DNA of 64,000 nt from a virus. The notes beneath the pieces are model-generated. The model did not search any database, was not told where the DNA came from, and saw only the letters and a program-made list of their open reading frames with translations. Location: IMG/VR virus record IMGVR_UViG_3300045988_177034. One strand, 5' to 3'. Below, piece by piece: positions 44,309 to 56,300 of this stretch. A program made the translations under genes and the position numbers. The first letter of the stretch is position 1; each line of letters begins with the position of its first letter.

Positions 44309-44346
44309 AAAAAAAAAGAGCGGCGGCTCTTTCGAACCACCGCTCT
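44309..44346 (-). terminator. strong intrinsic terminator after giant gene 2 (AGAGCGGTGG-ttcgaa-AGAGCCGCCGCTCT plus T9)
   Basis: long GC-rich stem and 9 T residues on the minus strand, directly after the stop at 44360. Confidence 0.75.
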
Positions 44347-44359
44347 ATTGTTTTACCGC

Positions 44360-47300
44360 TTATTCAGCGGAATCATCCTTATGGTTATCTTTGTTGTCGT
44401 TTTCGTCCTTCTTGCGCTTGTGGTTTACTACCACCAGAGCAGCGACGCCAATGCCAACCATTGCTACCAGACCAACAATGCTCTGTGCAAATCCGATACC
44501 CGTCTTCTTGTTGCTCGTGAAGATAGAGAAGAGGGAGAAGGGTTTGCCGTCTACCTTGAAGATATCGAGCCAGCCAATCGGCGGGGTCTTGGGCTTCTCA
44601 GTAGGAACAGGGGTCGGAGTAGGCTTCGGGTTGTCAGGAGTCGGAGTCGGTTTAGGCTCGTCAGGCGTTGTGGGAGTAGAGGGTTTCACAACAGGGACTT
44701 TCACCTCGTTGGAAGGTTTCTCTACATCTTCATCAATCGGCTTAGACGGGTCCTTACCATGACCCGGATTTTCGGGGTCTTCGGGATTCTGACCCGGAGC
44801 CTTAGCGACAGCCACGTTAATGACATCGTGTCCGGCATCCGCGTCAACGGCAACATAAGAATAGGTCAGAGTGAAGGATTCGCCAACGGGGATACGAGCA
44901 ATAGTGAACGTTGTCGTTGCGCTATTGTAAGTATATCCATCACCGTTCTGGGCTTCAATATGGCTTGCGCCGTCATTGTTGTCCTTTACGGTTACATTGA
45001 CAAGGTCTACTTCACCGGTATTGGTTACTACCACACGATAATTGATGGTTTCACCGACATTGACTTTCGTCTTATCAGCACTCTTCACAATCGTGAGGCT
45101 CTTTTCGAGCGGGATGTCAGTTTCCGTGCCGGAACCCGGAACTTCCACATCGACCTTGTTGGACGGAATATCCGTATCAGGGTCAATCGGTTTCGTTGGG
45201 TCTTTACCCTGTCCGGGATTCTCCGGGTCTTCAGGGTTCGTACCGGGAACATGAATCGTCGCTACGTTTTCAAGAATGTGCGTGGTCACATCGGCGATAC
45301 CGACAGTATAAGCGTAGTGGACAACCACATCGCCGCCAGCAGGAATCGTGTCGATGGTGAATACACCATTCTCATAGTGATAACCAGCGCCATCCACTGC
45401 GAAAATGCTTCCGGAGAAGTTATTCTCATCAGTCAGAGCAGCATTCTGAATATCGTGGTCTTTGCCATTGTGTACCGTTACGGTATAGGTGACAGTCTCA
45501 CCCGGCTTTGCGACAGTCTTGTTTGCAGACTTCCAGATGGTGACAACGCCATCATCAGGCTTCTTCACATCGACTGTATTGGACGGGATATTATACTGCT
45601 CGCCATCGTGCGTGTACTTAATGGTTGCGGTATTTTCCATAACGCTCTCATCGGTCGTCTCTACCGTATAGGTATAAACGATATCAAGAGCCTCACCGGC
45701 ATCCAGATAACCGATAGTCCAAGTGCCGTCTCCGTTATAGGTATAGCGGTTAGAACTCTCAGCCGTAACATCACCCGCAAAGTTGTTATGGTCTGCGACA
45801 GTGATATCGTTTACGGTTTCATCTGTCGTGTTCTTCACCGTAATGGTGTAGGTCACAACATCCGTTACCTTAGCAATATACTTATCGGCATCCTTTTCAA
45901 CATCGATAGGCGGTGTCGGGTCTTTCACAACAGCAGCGTTCAGAACCTTAGGAGCATCAGCGGTAACTACCACATAGGTGAAGTTAAGCGTTACGCTCTC
46001 GCCAGCCTTTACAGTGCTGATGGTATAGGAGTTGTCGCCGTTATCCGCAACGCCATCCATGGACACAAAGTTGAGCGTTCCGTTGCCATCGAAGAAGTCT
46101 TCGACCACAACATTTTCCGCATCAGCCTTGCCTTTATTGGCGACAGTAACCGTATAGTTGAGCGTATCGCCAACCTTGGCCTCTGCCTTATCAACGGACT
46201 TGGTGATTTCGATTACAGGAATCTCTGTTTCGGTTTCAGAGCCGGGAACTTCCACATCAACCTTGTTGGACGGAATTTCCGTATCGGGGTCAATGGGTTT
46301 CTCGGGGTCTTTGCCGTGACCCGGATTATTCGGGTCTTCGGGATTCGTGCCGGGAACATGGATTGTTGCAATGTTTTCGAGAATCTGCGTGGGCACATCA
46401 GCAATTTCAACCGTATAGGTGTAGTGGATAACCACATCACCGCCTGCGGGAATCTTATTGATTGTGAATTCGCCGTTCTCGAAGGTGTAATCTGCACCGT
46501 CAACACTTACGATTTCGCCAGCAAAGTTGTTGGTGTCTGTCAGACGAGCGTTTTCGATGTCGTGATTCTTTTCGTTATGAACCGTGACGGTATAGGTTAC
46601 AACCTCGCCCGGCTCAGCCTTTGTCTTATCTGCAGCCTTGCGGATGGTGACAACACCATCATCGGGCTTCTCGACATCGACGGGATTGGAGGGGATATTG
46701 TAATCTGTGCCATCCTTGCTGTAAGTCACATTTGCAATGTTTTCGATGACGGTGGCATCCTCAGCCTGCATTGTATAGGTGTAGGTGATATGGATGGTCT
46801 CGCCAGCGGCAATAGTCGGAATAGTCCATGTCTTATTGCCATTGTAAGTGTACTTGTCAGCGTTTTCGGCCTTGATTTCGCCCTTGAAGTTGTTAGTATC
46901 GGTGACAGTTACATTGTCAACAGGCTCAGAAGTGGTGTTCTTCACGGAAATCGTGTAGATTACAACCTCATCTACCTTTGCAATGTGCTTGTCGGCTTCC
47001 TTCTCAACGTCAACAGGCGGTGTCGGGTCTTTGATTACTGCGGCGTTCAGTACGAGAGGTTCGTCTCCTTCAACTACAACATAGCTGAAACGAAGCTTTA
47101 CGCTCTCCCCTGCTTTGACCGTAGAAATAGTGTAGGTGTTGTCTCCGTTATCTGTCACGCCATCCATGGCCTTGAAGTTCAGCGTTCCGTTTCCGTCAAA
47201 GAAATCCTTAATCAGGATATTCTCAGCATCCGCGTTACCGCCGTTCTTGACAGTGACGGTGTAGTTTAGCGTATCACCAATCTTGGCAGTAGGCTTATCT

Positions 47301-50300
47301 ACAGACTTGGTAATAGAGATTTCCGGAATCTCGGTCTCAACTTCGGAACCGGGGACTTCCACTTCGACCTTATTGGACGGAATGTCCGTATCGGGGTCTT
47401 CCGGATTCGTGCCGGGCACATGTGCCGTGGCAACATTTTCCAGAATGTGAGTGGGTACATCTGCAATCTGCACCGTGTAGGTGTAGGTCAGAACAGCGTC
47501 TGCACCAGCAGCAACCTTATCGATTACAAAGTGTCCGTCAACGAACTTGTAGCCGACACCATTCGTGCCGGTAATCGTTCCAGCAAAGTTGTTGGAATCG
47601 CTTACGACCACATTGGTGATGTCATGCGCCTTGCCGTTGTGAATCGTAACCGTGTAGGTCACGACCTCACCGGGTTCTGCAATCTTCTTGTCACCGCTCT
47701 TGACAATCGTAACTTCGCCATCCTTCGGGACAACGACTTCAACGGGGTCTGCCTTGATGACATACTCGCCGTCATCGGTCGTGTAGCGAACATCAGCTTC
47801 GTTGACCAGCGTAGAGGGGTCGGTAGTCTTCACCGTATAGGTGTAGAGAATATCGATGCTCTCACCAGCCTTGATGCTGGGGATAGTCCAAGTATGGTTG
47901 CCATTGTAGGTGTACTTGGCGTTGTCTTTAGAGGTGATTGCGCCTGTAAAGTTGTTGGTGTCGCTGACCAGCAGGTCGGTAACGGTCTTATCAGTCGTGT
48001 TTTTCACCGTGATGGTATAGTTGACGACTTCATCGACCATCGCTACATGCTTGTCTGCGGTCTTCTCGATGTCAACGGGAGGCGTCGGGTCTTTCACAAC
48101 AGCAGCGTTCAGGACCATCGGCGCATCTCCGGCAACGACCGTGTAAGTGAAGCGGAGCGTAATGCTCTGACCCTTCTCCACATTCGCAACCGTGTAGGTG
48201 TAATCACCGTTATCCGTCACACCGTCCATCGGAACGAAGTTCAGGACACCGTTACCGTCAAAGAAATCCTTGACGACAGCGTTCTTGACTGCCTGTCCGC
48301 CAACATTCGTCAGCGTAATCGTGTAGTTCAGCGTATCGCCAACCTTGGCTTCCGTTTTGTCTACACTCTTAACGATTTCGAGCTTGCCTTCCGGCACATC
48401 AACGTGCGTGCCGTCACCGGGAACCTCAACATCGACCTTGTTGGAAGGAATCTCCTCGTCAGGGTCGCCGGGGGTCTTGCCGGGAACGTGAGCCGTTGCA
48501 ATGTTTTCAAGAATCTTGGTCGGAACATCGGCAATCTGGACTGTGTAGGTATAACGGACCACTGCGTCACCGCCAGCAGGAATCTTGTCAATGACAAATT
48601 CGCCGTTGGTGAACTTGTAGCCAGCGCCATCTACGCCTTCAATCTTGCCCGCGAAGTTGTTCGCGTCAGTCAGACGGACATTCTTGATGTCGTAATCCTT
48701 ACCGTTATGAATCGTAACCGTATAGGTAACGACCTCGTTCGGTTCAGCCTTGGTCTTGTCGGCAGTTTTAAAGATGGTAACGACACCATCGTTAGGCTTT
48801 TCGACTTCGACGGGGTTGGACGGAATATCGTAGTCAGTACCGTTGTGGCTATAACGCACATCGGCAGTGTTTTCAATAACAGTTTCATCGCTTGCCTGCA
48901 TCGTATAGGTGTAGGTAATGTCGATGGACTTGCCGGATTCGAGCGTTGCGATGGTCCAAGTCTTATCACCGTTGTAGGTGTAGCCCTTGCCATCCTTGGC
49001 TTCAATTTCGCCCTTGAAGTTGTTCATATCGCTTACCAGCAGATTCGTCAAGGTGTCCTTGGAATTGTTCTTCACCGTAATGGTGTAGGTAACAATCTCA
49101 TTAACCTTAGCGATATGCTTGTCTGCGCTCTTCACAATATCCGTGGGCGGTTCGGGAGTTGTGATGACTGCCGCGTTCAAAACCTCAGGTGCGTCTCCGT
49201 CAACTACCACATAGGTGAAGTTGAGCGTTACGCTTTCGCCAGCCTTGACACTTGCAATCGTGTAAGTGTCATCACCGTTATCGGTGACGCCATCCATAGC
49301 CACGAAGTTCAGTGTGCCCTTGCCGTCGAAGAAGTCCTTGACTGTGACATTCTCAGCATCGCCCTTGCCGTTGTTCTTGACAGTAATCGTGTAGTTCAGA
49401 GTATCACCGACAACGGCTTCATTCTTATCCACACTCTTTGTCAGAACAAGGTCAGGAATCTTGGTTTCAGTCTCGGAACCCGGAACCTCAACATCGACAG
49501 GATTCGAAGGAATCTTCTCATCGTTATCGATAGGCTTGTTCGGGTCTTTACCGTGACCGGGGTTGTTCGGGTCTTCGGGATTCGTACCGGGAACATCAGC
49601 CGTAGCGATGTTTTCCAGAATCTGAGTAGGCACATCACCAATTTCAACCGTGTAGGTGTAGGTCAGAGTGACCGAAGCGCCTGCGGCAATCTCAGCAATA
49701 TGGAACTCACCGTTCTCGAAGGTGTAGTCCGCGCCGTCAACACCAGTGATTTCACCAGCGAAGTTGTTGGCATCAGTTACTACAACATCGTGAACATCGA
49801 AGCCCTTGTTGTTGGTAACGGTGACATTGTAGGTGACGACCTCACCCGGCTTAGCCATCTTCTTGTCCGCTTCCTTGTGGATGGAGACAGTGCCCTTATC
49901 GGGTACGACCACATCGACAGTCGGCGTATCAAGTTTCACGGTATCGCCGTTCTCGGAATACGTCACATCAGCCTTGTTCTCGAGGAGCTTTTCATCATTG
50001 CTCTGTACCGTGTAGGTATAGGTAATGTCGATGGTCTCCCCTGCTCCGATTTCCGGAATCGTCCAAGTATTATCGCCGTTATAGGTGTACTTGTCTGTAT
50101 TGGCGGCATTGATGCTGCCAACAAAGTTATTGGTATCCTTGACAGTGACATTCGTCTTTGCCTTGGTATCGGGGTTATACACGCTGATGGTGTAAGTCAC
50201 GATTTCATCGACAAATGCGAACTTCTTGTCAGCCGTCTTGGTGGGTTCGAGCGGCGGGTCAACGGGCGGTGTCGTGACGACAGCGGCGTTCAGGACCTCA

Positions 50301-53300
50301 GGCTCATCGCCTTCCACGATAACATAGGTGAAGCGGAGCTCCATGAATGTACCGGCAGGCAGTTTGTTGATAGTGTAGGTGCCATCACCGTTCACTACAA
50401 CACCGACAGTCGGGATGTAGTTGAGCTTGCCGTGTCCATCGAAGAAGTCTTCGACCAGAATATTTTTCAGTTCGCCATCGCCAACATTAGACACCTTAAC
50501 GGTGTAATGCAGCATATCGCCAACAGAAGCACTCTTCTTGTCTACGAATTTCTCGACTTTCAACTTGCCCTCGGGCGGGTTGACAGGAACAGGTACATCA
50601 CTGCCGGGAACCTTGACGGTGACCTCGTTAGAAGGCTTCGTCTTTTCATTCTCAGGAGTCTGGTCTTCGTCAGCGAACCAGTAATGCAGCGTAGCCACAT
50701 TCTTCAATTCGTTGTAAGTATCCTGACCCTTACCGGCATCGGTGTTCAGCACAATGTAATCATATTCTACCGTGACAGTCTTGCCAGCCGGAATAGTGCC
50801 GACCTTGATGACTGCGGAACCGGCAGATGCAGATTCCAGAGTGCCGTTCTTGACATTCGTGATAACGCCGTTGAAGTTGTTCTTGTCGTGCAGCGCTGCA
50901 TTCACATAGTCAACAGTGTCATTGTTGTGCATGACGACGGTGTAATGCACCGTATCGCCGATGTTTGCAATGGCCTTGTCTGCCTGTTTTACAACGGTGG
51001 GTCCGACATGTTCCGGCGTGGGAGTTTCGGGGATGACAGGGATATCAACCTCATTGGAAGGAATCTTTACCTTGCCGGAATCCGTCACATATGTCATTTC
51101 GGCGTTATTGACAAGCATGGTATTGGGAGCATCTTCATTCATTACCGTGTAGGTGTAGACAATGTCTACGCTCTCACCAGCGCCGATAGAAGAAATATTC
51201 CAGACCTTGTCGCCAATATAGCTTACAACATCAGTGTTTTCGGCAGGCGTGATAACACCCGTGAAGTTGTTTGTATCCTTGACCTCAACATTCGTCTTGG
51301 TCTCGTTAGTCGTATTGGTAACGGTAATGGTGTAAGTCACCACCTCGCCAACCACTACGGTCTGTTTATCTGCCTTCTTCTCGATTTCGGGAACTTCCGG
51401 AATCTCAACAGCAGCATTGTTTACGGTGCCCTTGTCGCCTTCCTGTACGGTATAGGTGACAGGAATCTCAACGACCTCACCAGCCGCAATTTCTGCGATG
51501 GTGAAGGAATGAGTCGCTGCGTCATAGGTGTACTTGTCGGAACTTGCAGCATTGATTTCACCAATGCCGTCATTGAAGTCGCGCACAACTACATTCTGAG
51601 CAGTCATTGCACCGTTGTTCGTAACGGTAATGGTGTAGTGAATGGTATCGCCAATCATCACACTGGATTCAAGAGAAGTCTTCACAACGCGAATATCGCG
51701 GTCAGGCACTTCGCCTACATGGACAGTCTCAGTATCGGGGTCGCTCGTAACAGTCTTGTTGTCGGGGTTCTTGCCCTCAGCAACAGCCGTATTCACGATG
51801 TTACCGTTATCGAGGTTCATGTCCTCTGCCACAGCAGTGTAGATATAAGTGATTTCAACGGATTCGCCTGCGTTCAGCTCAGGAATCATCCACTTGCCGT
51901 TTCCGTCATACATCAAATCGCCGGTGTACTCGACAGTGCCATTGCCGTTGGATGTATCGGTAACGATAACATTCGTCAGCTTGGTATTGCCGCTGTTCTT
52001 AACGGTCAGAGTATAGGTTACGGTCGTGTCATTGCCGTTCATATCAACGAAGCCCTTGTCAGCGTTCTTTACGATGGTCAGTTCATCACGGAGCACATCA
52101 ACCTCAACAGGCTTAGAAGGCTCTTCGATGTCCTTGTCACCCGGAATCTCAGTATCGGGATTCTTGGGAGCGTGAGCAGTAGCTACGTTGATAATCGTTT
52201 CGGGGTCACCGTTCTGCACAATATACAGGTAATTCAGCGTAACGGAATCGCCGACATTCAGAGCAGGAATGGTGAACAGTCTGGTTTCGGGGTTATAGGT
52301 ATATCCGTCGCCGGTAGAGACGATAAACATACCCAGAGCATTGGTGTCATCGGAGACGGTAACATTCGTCATATCGACAGTGCCGTCGTTCGTGACAGTG
52401 ACCTGATACTTGACGACTTCGCCGGGATAAGCGTGGTCGCGGTCAGCAGACTTGACAATCGTCAGGTGCTTGTAGTACAGCGGCACGATTACTTCGTTGG
52501 AATCGACAGGTTTCTCAGGAATAGTCGGGTCTTCGCGAGCAGGAATCGTTGCGGTAGCAATGTTATCCAGCTTGCCGTTTGCGAGGTCATCTGCAACAAC
52601 CGTGTACTTATAGGTAATGGTTACGGACTTACCAACGCCAAGGCTGGTGATTGTCCATGTTCCATCATCGTTGACACGATAGCCGAAGTGGAGCTTCGTG
52701 TTCTCGACAGGCTCGCCCATGAAGTTGTTCGTATCCTTTACGACAACATTTTCAAGCTTCGTGTTGCCCGTATTGGTGACTTTCAGCGTGTAAGTGACGA
52801 CATCACCTACGCCAGCCTCAGTCTTATCAGCACTCTTTTCGATGGTCAGATTCTGACGGATGATTTCCACATCAACATCAGGAGTCTCAACCAACCAATC
52901 CTTGTTAGGCTCGGTATAGTTCGGAGTGGTGCTGCCATCAGGGTTCTCCGTATAGCTCTCGACTACCTTCATATCGGTAATCTTGGCGTTGTTTTCGAGG
53001 ATATCGTTGTTGTTGGTGCCGTGGTCGGTCGGGTCTACCGTGTAGGTATAGGTGAACGTTACGGCATTGTTATGGGTTTCATCGCGCAGATGGGAAATCT
53101 CTGCGATAACGAACTCGCCCTTCTCTGCATCATAGGTCACACCGTTTGCCTGAGACAGGACAGGAACACCAACGAAGTTGTTGGTATCTTTAACGATGAC
53201 GTTGTGCAGGTCATGACTGGTCGCATTCGTAACAGTAATCGTGTAGCGAATCACATCGTAATCCGTAGCGCGTTCACGGTCAGCAGATTTCTCGATAGAG

Positions 53301-56300
53301 ACAATTTCCTTATCGCGAACGGTCAGAGTACCATCCACATACTTGATGATGTAGTTGGCATTGCTGCCGCTGCCATCTTCTGTGTTGATGATAACTGCAT
53401 CGCTGGGAACGTTCTTGCTGGAACCCACTTCGGTCTGAGAACCGGTTACGGTCACAGAATCCATCTTATCGTGAATGCCAAGCAGGTCGTTATCTACGAG
53501 TTCTGGAGCGTAGGTATAGCCGGGTTCCGTCAACGGAGTGCCGTCATATACCTTTTCTGCGGAGTTTGCAGTAATGGTTACCTCACGCGGGTCAATGAAG
53601 AAATGTCCGGGAGTTACTGTGCCAATCTCAATGTTATCTACCTCAGTATAGGTAGGAACAATGGAATAGCCGGGGTTCTCAGTACGAACATTCTCACCCG
53701 GAACACGAGCTGCATCCAGATTCAGGGCACGGTCGATATAATCGCGCAGGTCCTTATCCGGAGTGTAAGGCTCATCTTTCTCGTTCGTGAGCGTATAGGA
53801 AACATTGAACTTATCGGGGTCGTTATCACCGTAGGTCTTGCGGTCGTCTTCTGCCTTGATGTTAATAATCAAGGGTTTAACGGTCAGCTTACCATCGATG
53901 TAAACGAAATCGTAGTTCGGGTTATGGAAAGTAGAATCCTTGGCAGATACAGGATATTCACCAACAGGGCTCCACTTCTCTGCATCAGTCTTGGTCTTGA
54001 GCGCATCTTTACCACCGATATCATCGATGGTGTCACCGCGCTTATAGCCGGTAATGGTTACGTTGGGTGTCGGGTTATCTTCGCCGAAATACTTTTCGTC
54101 GTCAATAACTGTAACAACGATGGTTGCAGGAACAATGGTCAGAGTTCCGGGAGTGGTAATGATTTCGTAGTTGCCGGACGGGTCAGTGCCATCAATGGTG
54201 ATGGGATACTTGCCTACCTGCTCACCGTCATCAGTATCAGCGCCGGGACGCTTTGTGGTGATATCGAAGAAGTCTTCGTCACCGGGATTGACCAGTTCTT
54301 CGGGGTCAGTAATCGTCCAAGTCAGCGGGTCGGGGTCTTTCTCTCCGTAAACCTTCTGCTGGTCATCTGCCTTCACATGGATAGGTTTCTTACCAATCGT
54401 CAGGTCACCGCCAACATAGATAAACTTGTAATTGCTGTTGTCAGCAACCAACTGCTGTCTATCGTAGTTGATGGGATAATTACCAACTTTCGTCTTATTC
54501 GTTACGGGATTGCCAGCGTTATCGTTGCAGTACATTGTAGCAGTGCCGGAAACCTTGGATTCATCGTCCTTGATACCGGTACCTGTTTCGTCCTTAACGT
54601 CACGACCGACAAAACCTGTGATGGAATAAGTGAATTCGGGAATCTCATCGCCGTAGGTGGTCTTGTATCCGCCATCGACCGTAACAGTGAGCGTTGCGGG
54701 GATGATTTTCAGAGAACCATCGTATACGGTAACGGCATAGTTCTTGTTGTTTGTATCGTACTTTGCGGAAATGAGGTAATCACCATCATAGAGGGTAGTT
54801 CCCCACTTATTGAGAGAATCTGCTGCAGTGACATCGCCGCGCACAACATTCTCACCCTTGGTGCGGTACAACTCAACATTCAGCGGGCTGTTTTCGGGGT
54901 CAATCAGGCCAATCACATTGCCAGCATTGTCTTCGTAATGGAAGGTAAATGCCGGGTCAGCAGTGCCGTAGGTCTTGACCTTATGGTCAATGCGAACAAT
55001 CAGTTCCTTCGGGTTGACAGTGATATCGCCATTGACATAGCGGATAACATAGTTCTTCTCGAAGTTTGTGTTGCTCTTGACTTCGAAAGTGGAGCCGATA
55101 TGCTCTTCACCGTCTTCCAGAACAACGCAATCCGGGTTCACCGCATCCTCGTTGTTGTTGCCAGCAGTTACGATGTACTTGCCAGCGTCAGACAGGTCGA
55201 AGCACAGAGTAGCGAAGCCAAGTTCACCGTTCAGAACGGTTTCCTTCGTGTCATCACGCTTGAAGCCGGTAATATCGGCATCAAATGCGGGATTCTCTTC
55301 GCCATAGGTCTTGGAATAGCCACCCTTTACGGTAACAACCAGCTCAGCCGGAGTAATCGTAAAGTTGCCATTCTCCATGGTAATAACGTAGTTGGTGATG
55401 CCATCCTTGCTGACAGGGCTGATATCGTTGGCGTTGATGGCGTAAGCCTTGCCGAACGAATGCTCGCCAGTCCAGACATCCTCACCGGGTTCACGAGTCA
55501 CGCCAGTACCTTCGAGGTCGCCGGGCTGGACAGGCACATCCGCGCCTTCCTTCTCGGTGAGAACGGGACCGTTTGCGTACTCAATGTAGTAGTTGCCATC
55601 TTCGCCACGGACACCGTCATGGAGCGTGTACTTCAATTCGGGGTCAGCGTCGCCGTAAACCTTGGTGTTATCCTCAGCAATAACGGAAACGGGGCGAGGA
55701 ATGATAGTCAGGTTGCCAGCGGTAATCGTGATGTCATCATCATCATAGATGGTGCTGTGGACACCGGACAGGCTAATGCAATCCTTGTAAGTGCCGCTGG
55801 AACTGGTCTGTGTATCCAGATGGGTAAATGTAAAGGAATTGGTGTTGATACCGGCTTCCTCTGCCGTGATTTCAACAGCCTCGCCGTTTTCTACCTTAAA
55901 CACATGATAGGTGTAATCGGTAGAACCATCGTAGAAGCGGTTGACACGGTCGCCGTAATAGCGAACCTTATCATCCACGGTAATCATCAGACCCTGACGC
56001 TTGACAATGAGGTCGTTTGCGTAACGGTACTCAAAGTCGTAGTTCGGGTTATCCAGCTCAAGCTGTTTCTGGTCGTTTGCTGCGAGGTTTCCAATCTGAC
56101 GGTCCTGCGGCGTGGAGTAGACGGGATAAGAACCGACTTCTTCACCCTCTGCACGAACCAGATTGAAGACGATGGGAACCTTATCGGGGTTCACAACAAC
56201 GCTTGCATCCGTGATACGGCTGCCTGCGCCGAGCTTCTGCTGACCATTTACGGAATTATGGGTAATCATATCGGTCAGGGTGAAATCCTGAACCTTATCA

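Noticed and set aside
44317-44346. tRNA-like GGTTCGAA (T-loop-like) sequence
   Set aside because: It is part of the stem-loop of the rho-independent terminator after giant gene 2 (hairpin plus T9). No acceptor or anticodon arms can be drawn. I recognised no tRNA, rRNA or CRISPR repeat-spacer array anywhere in the window.
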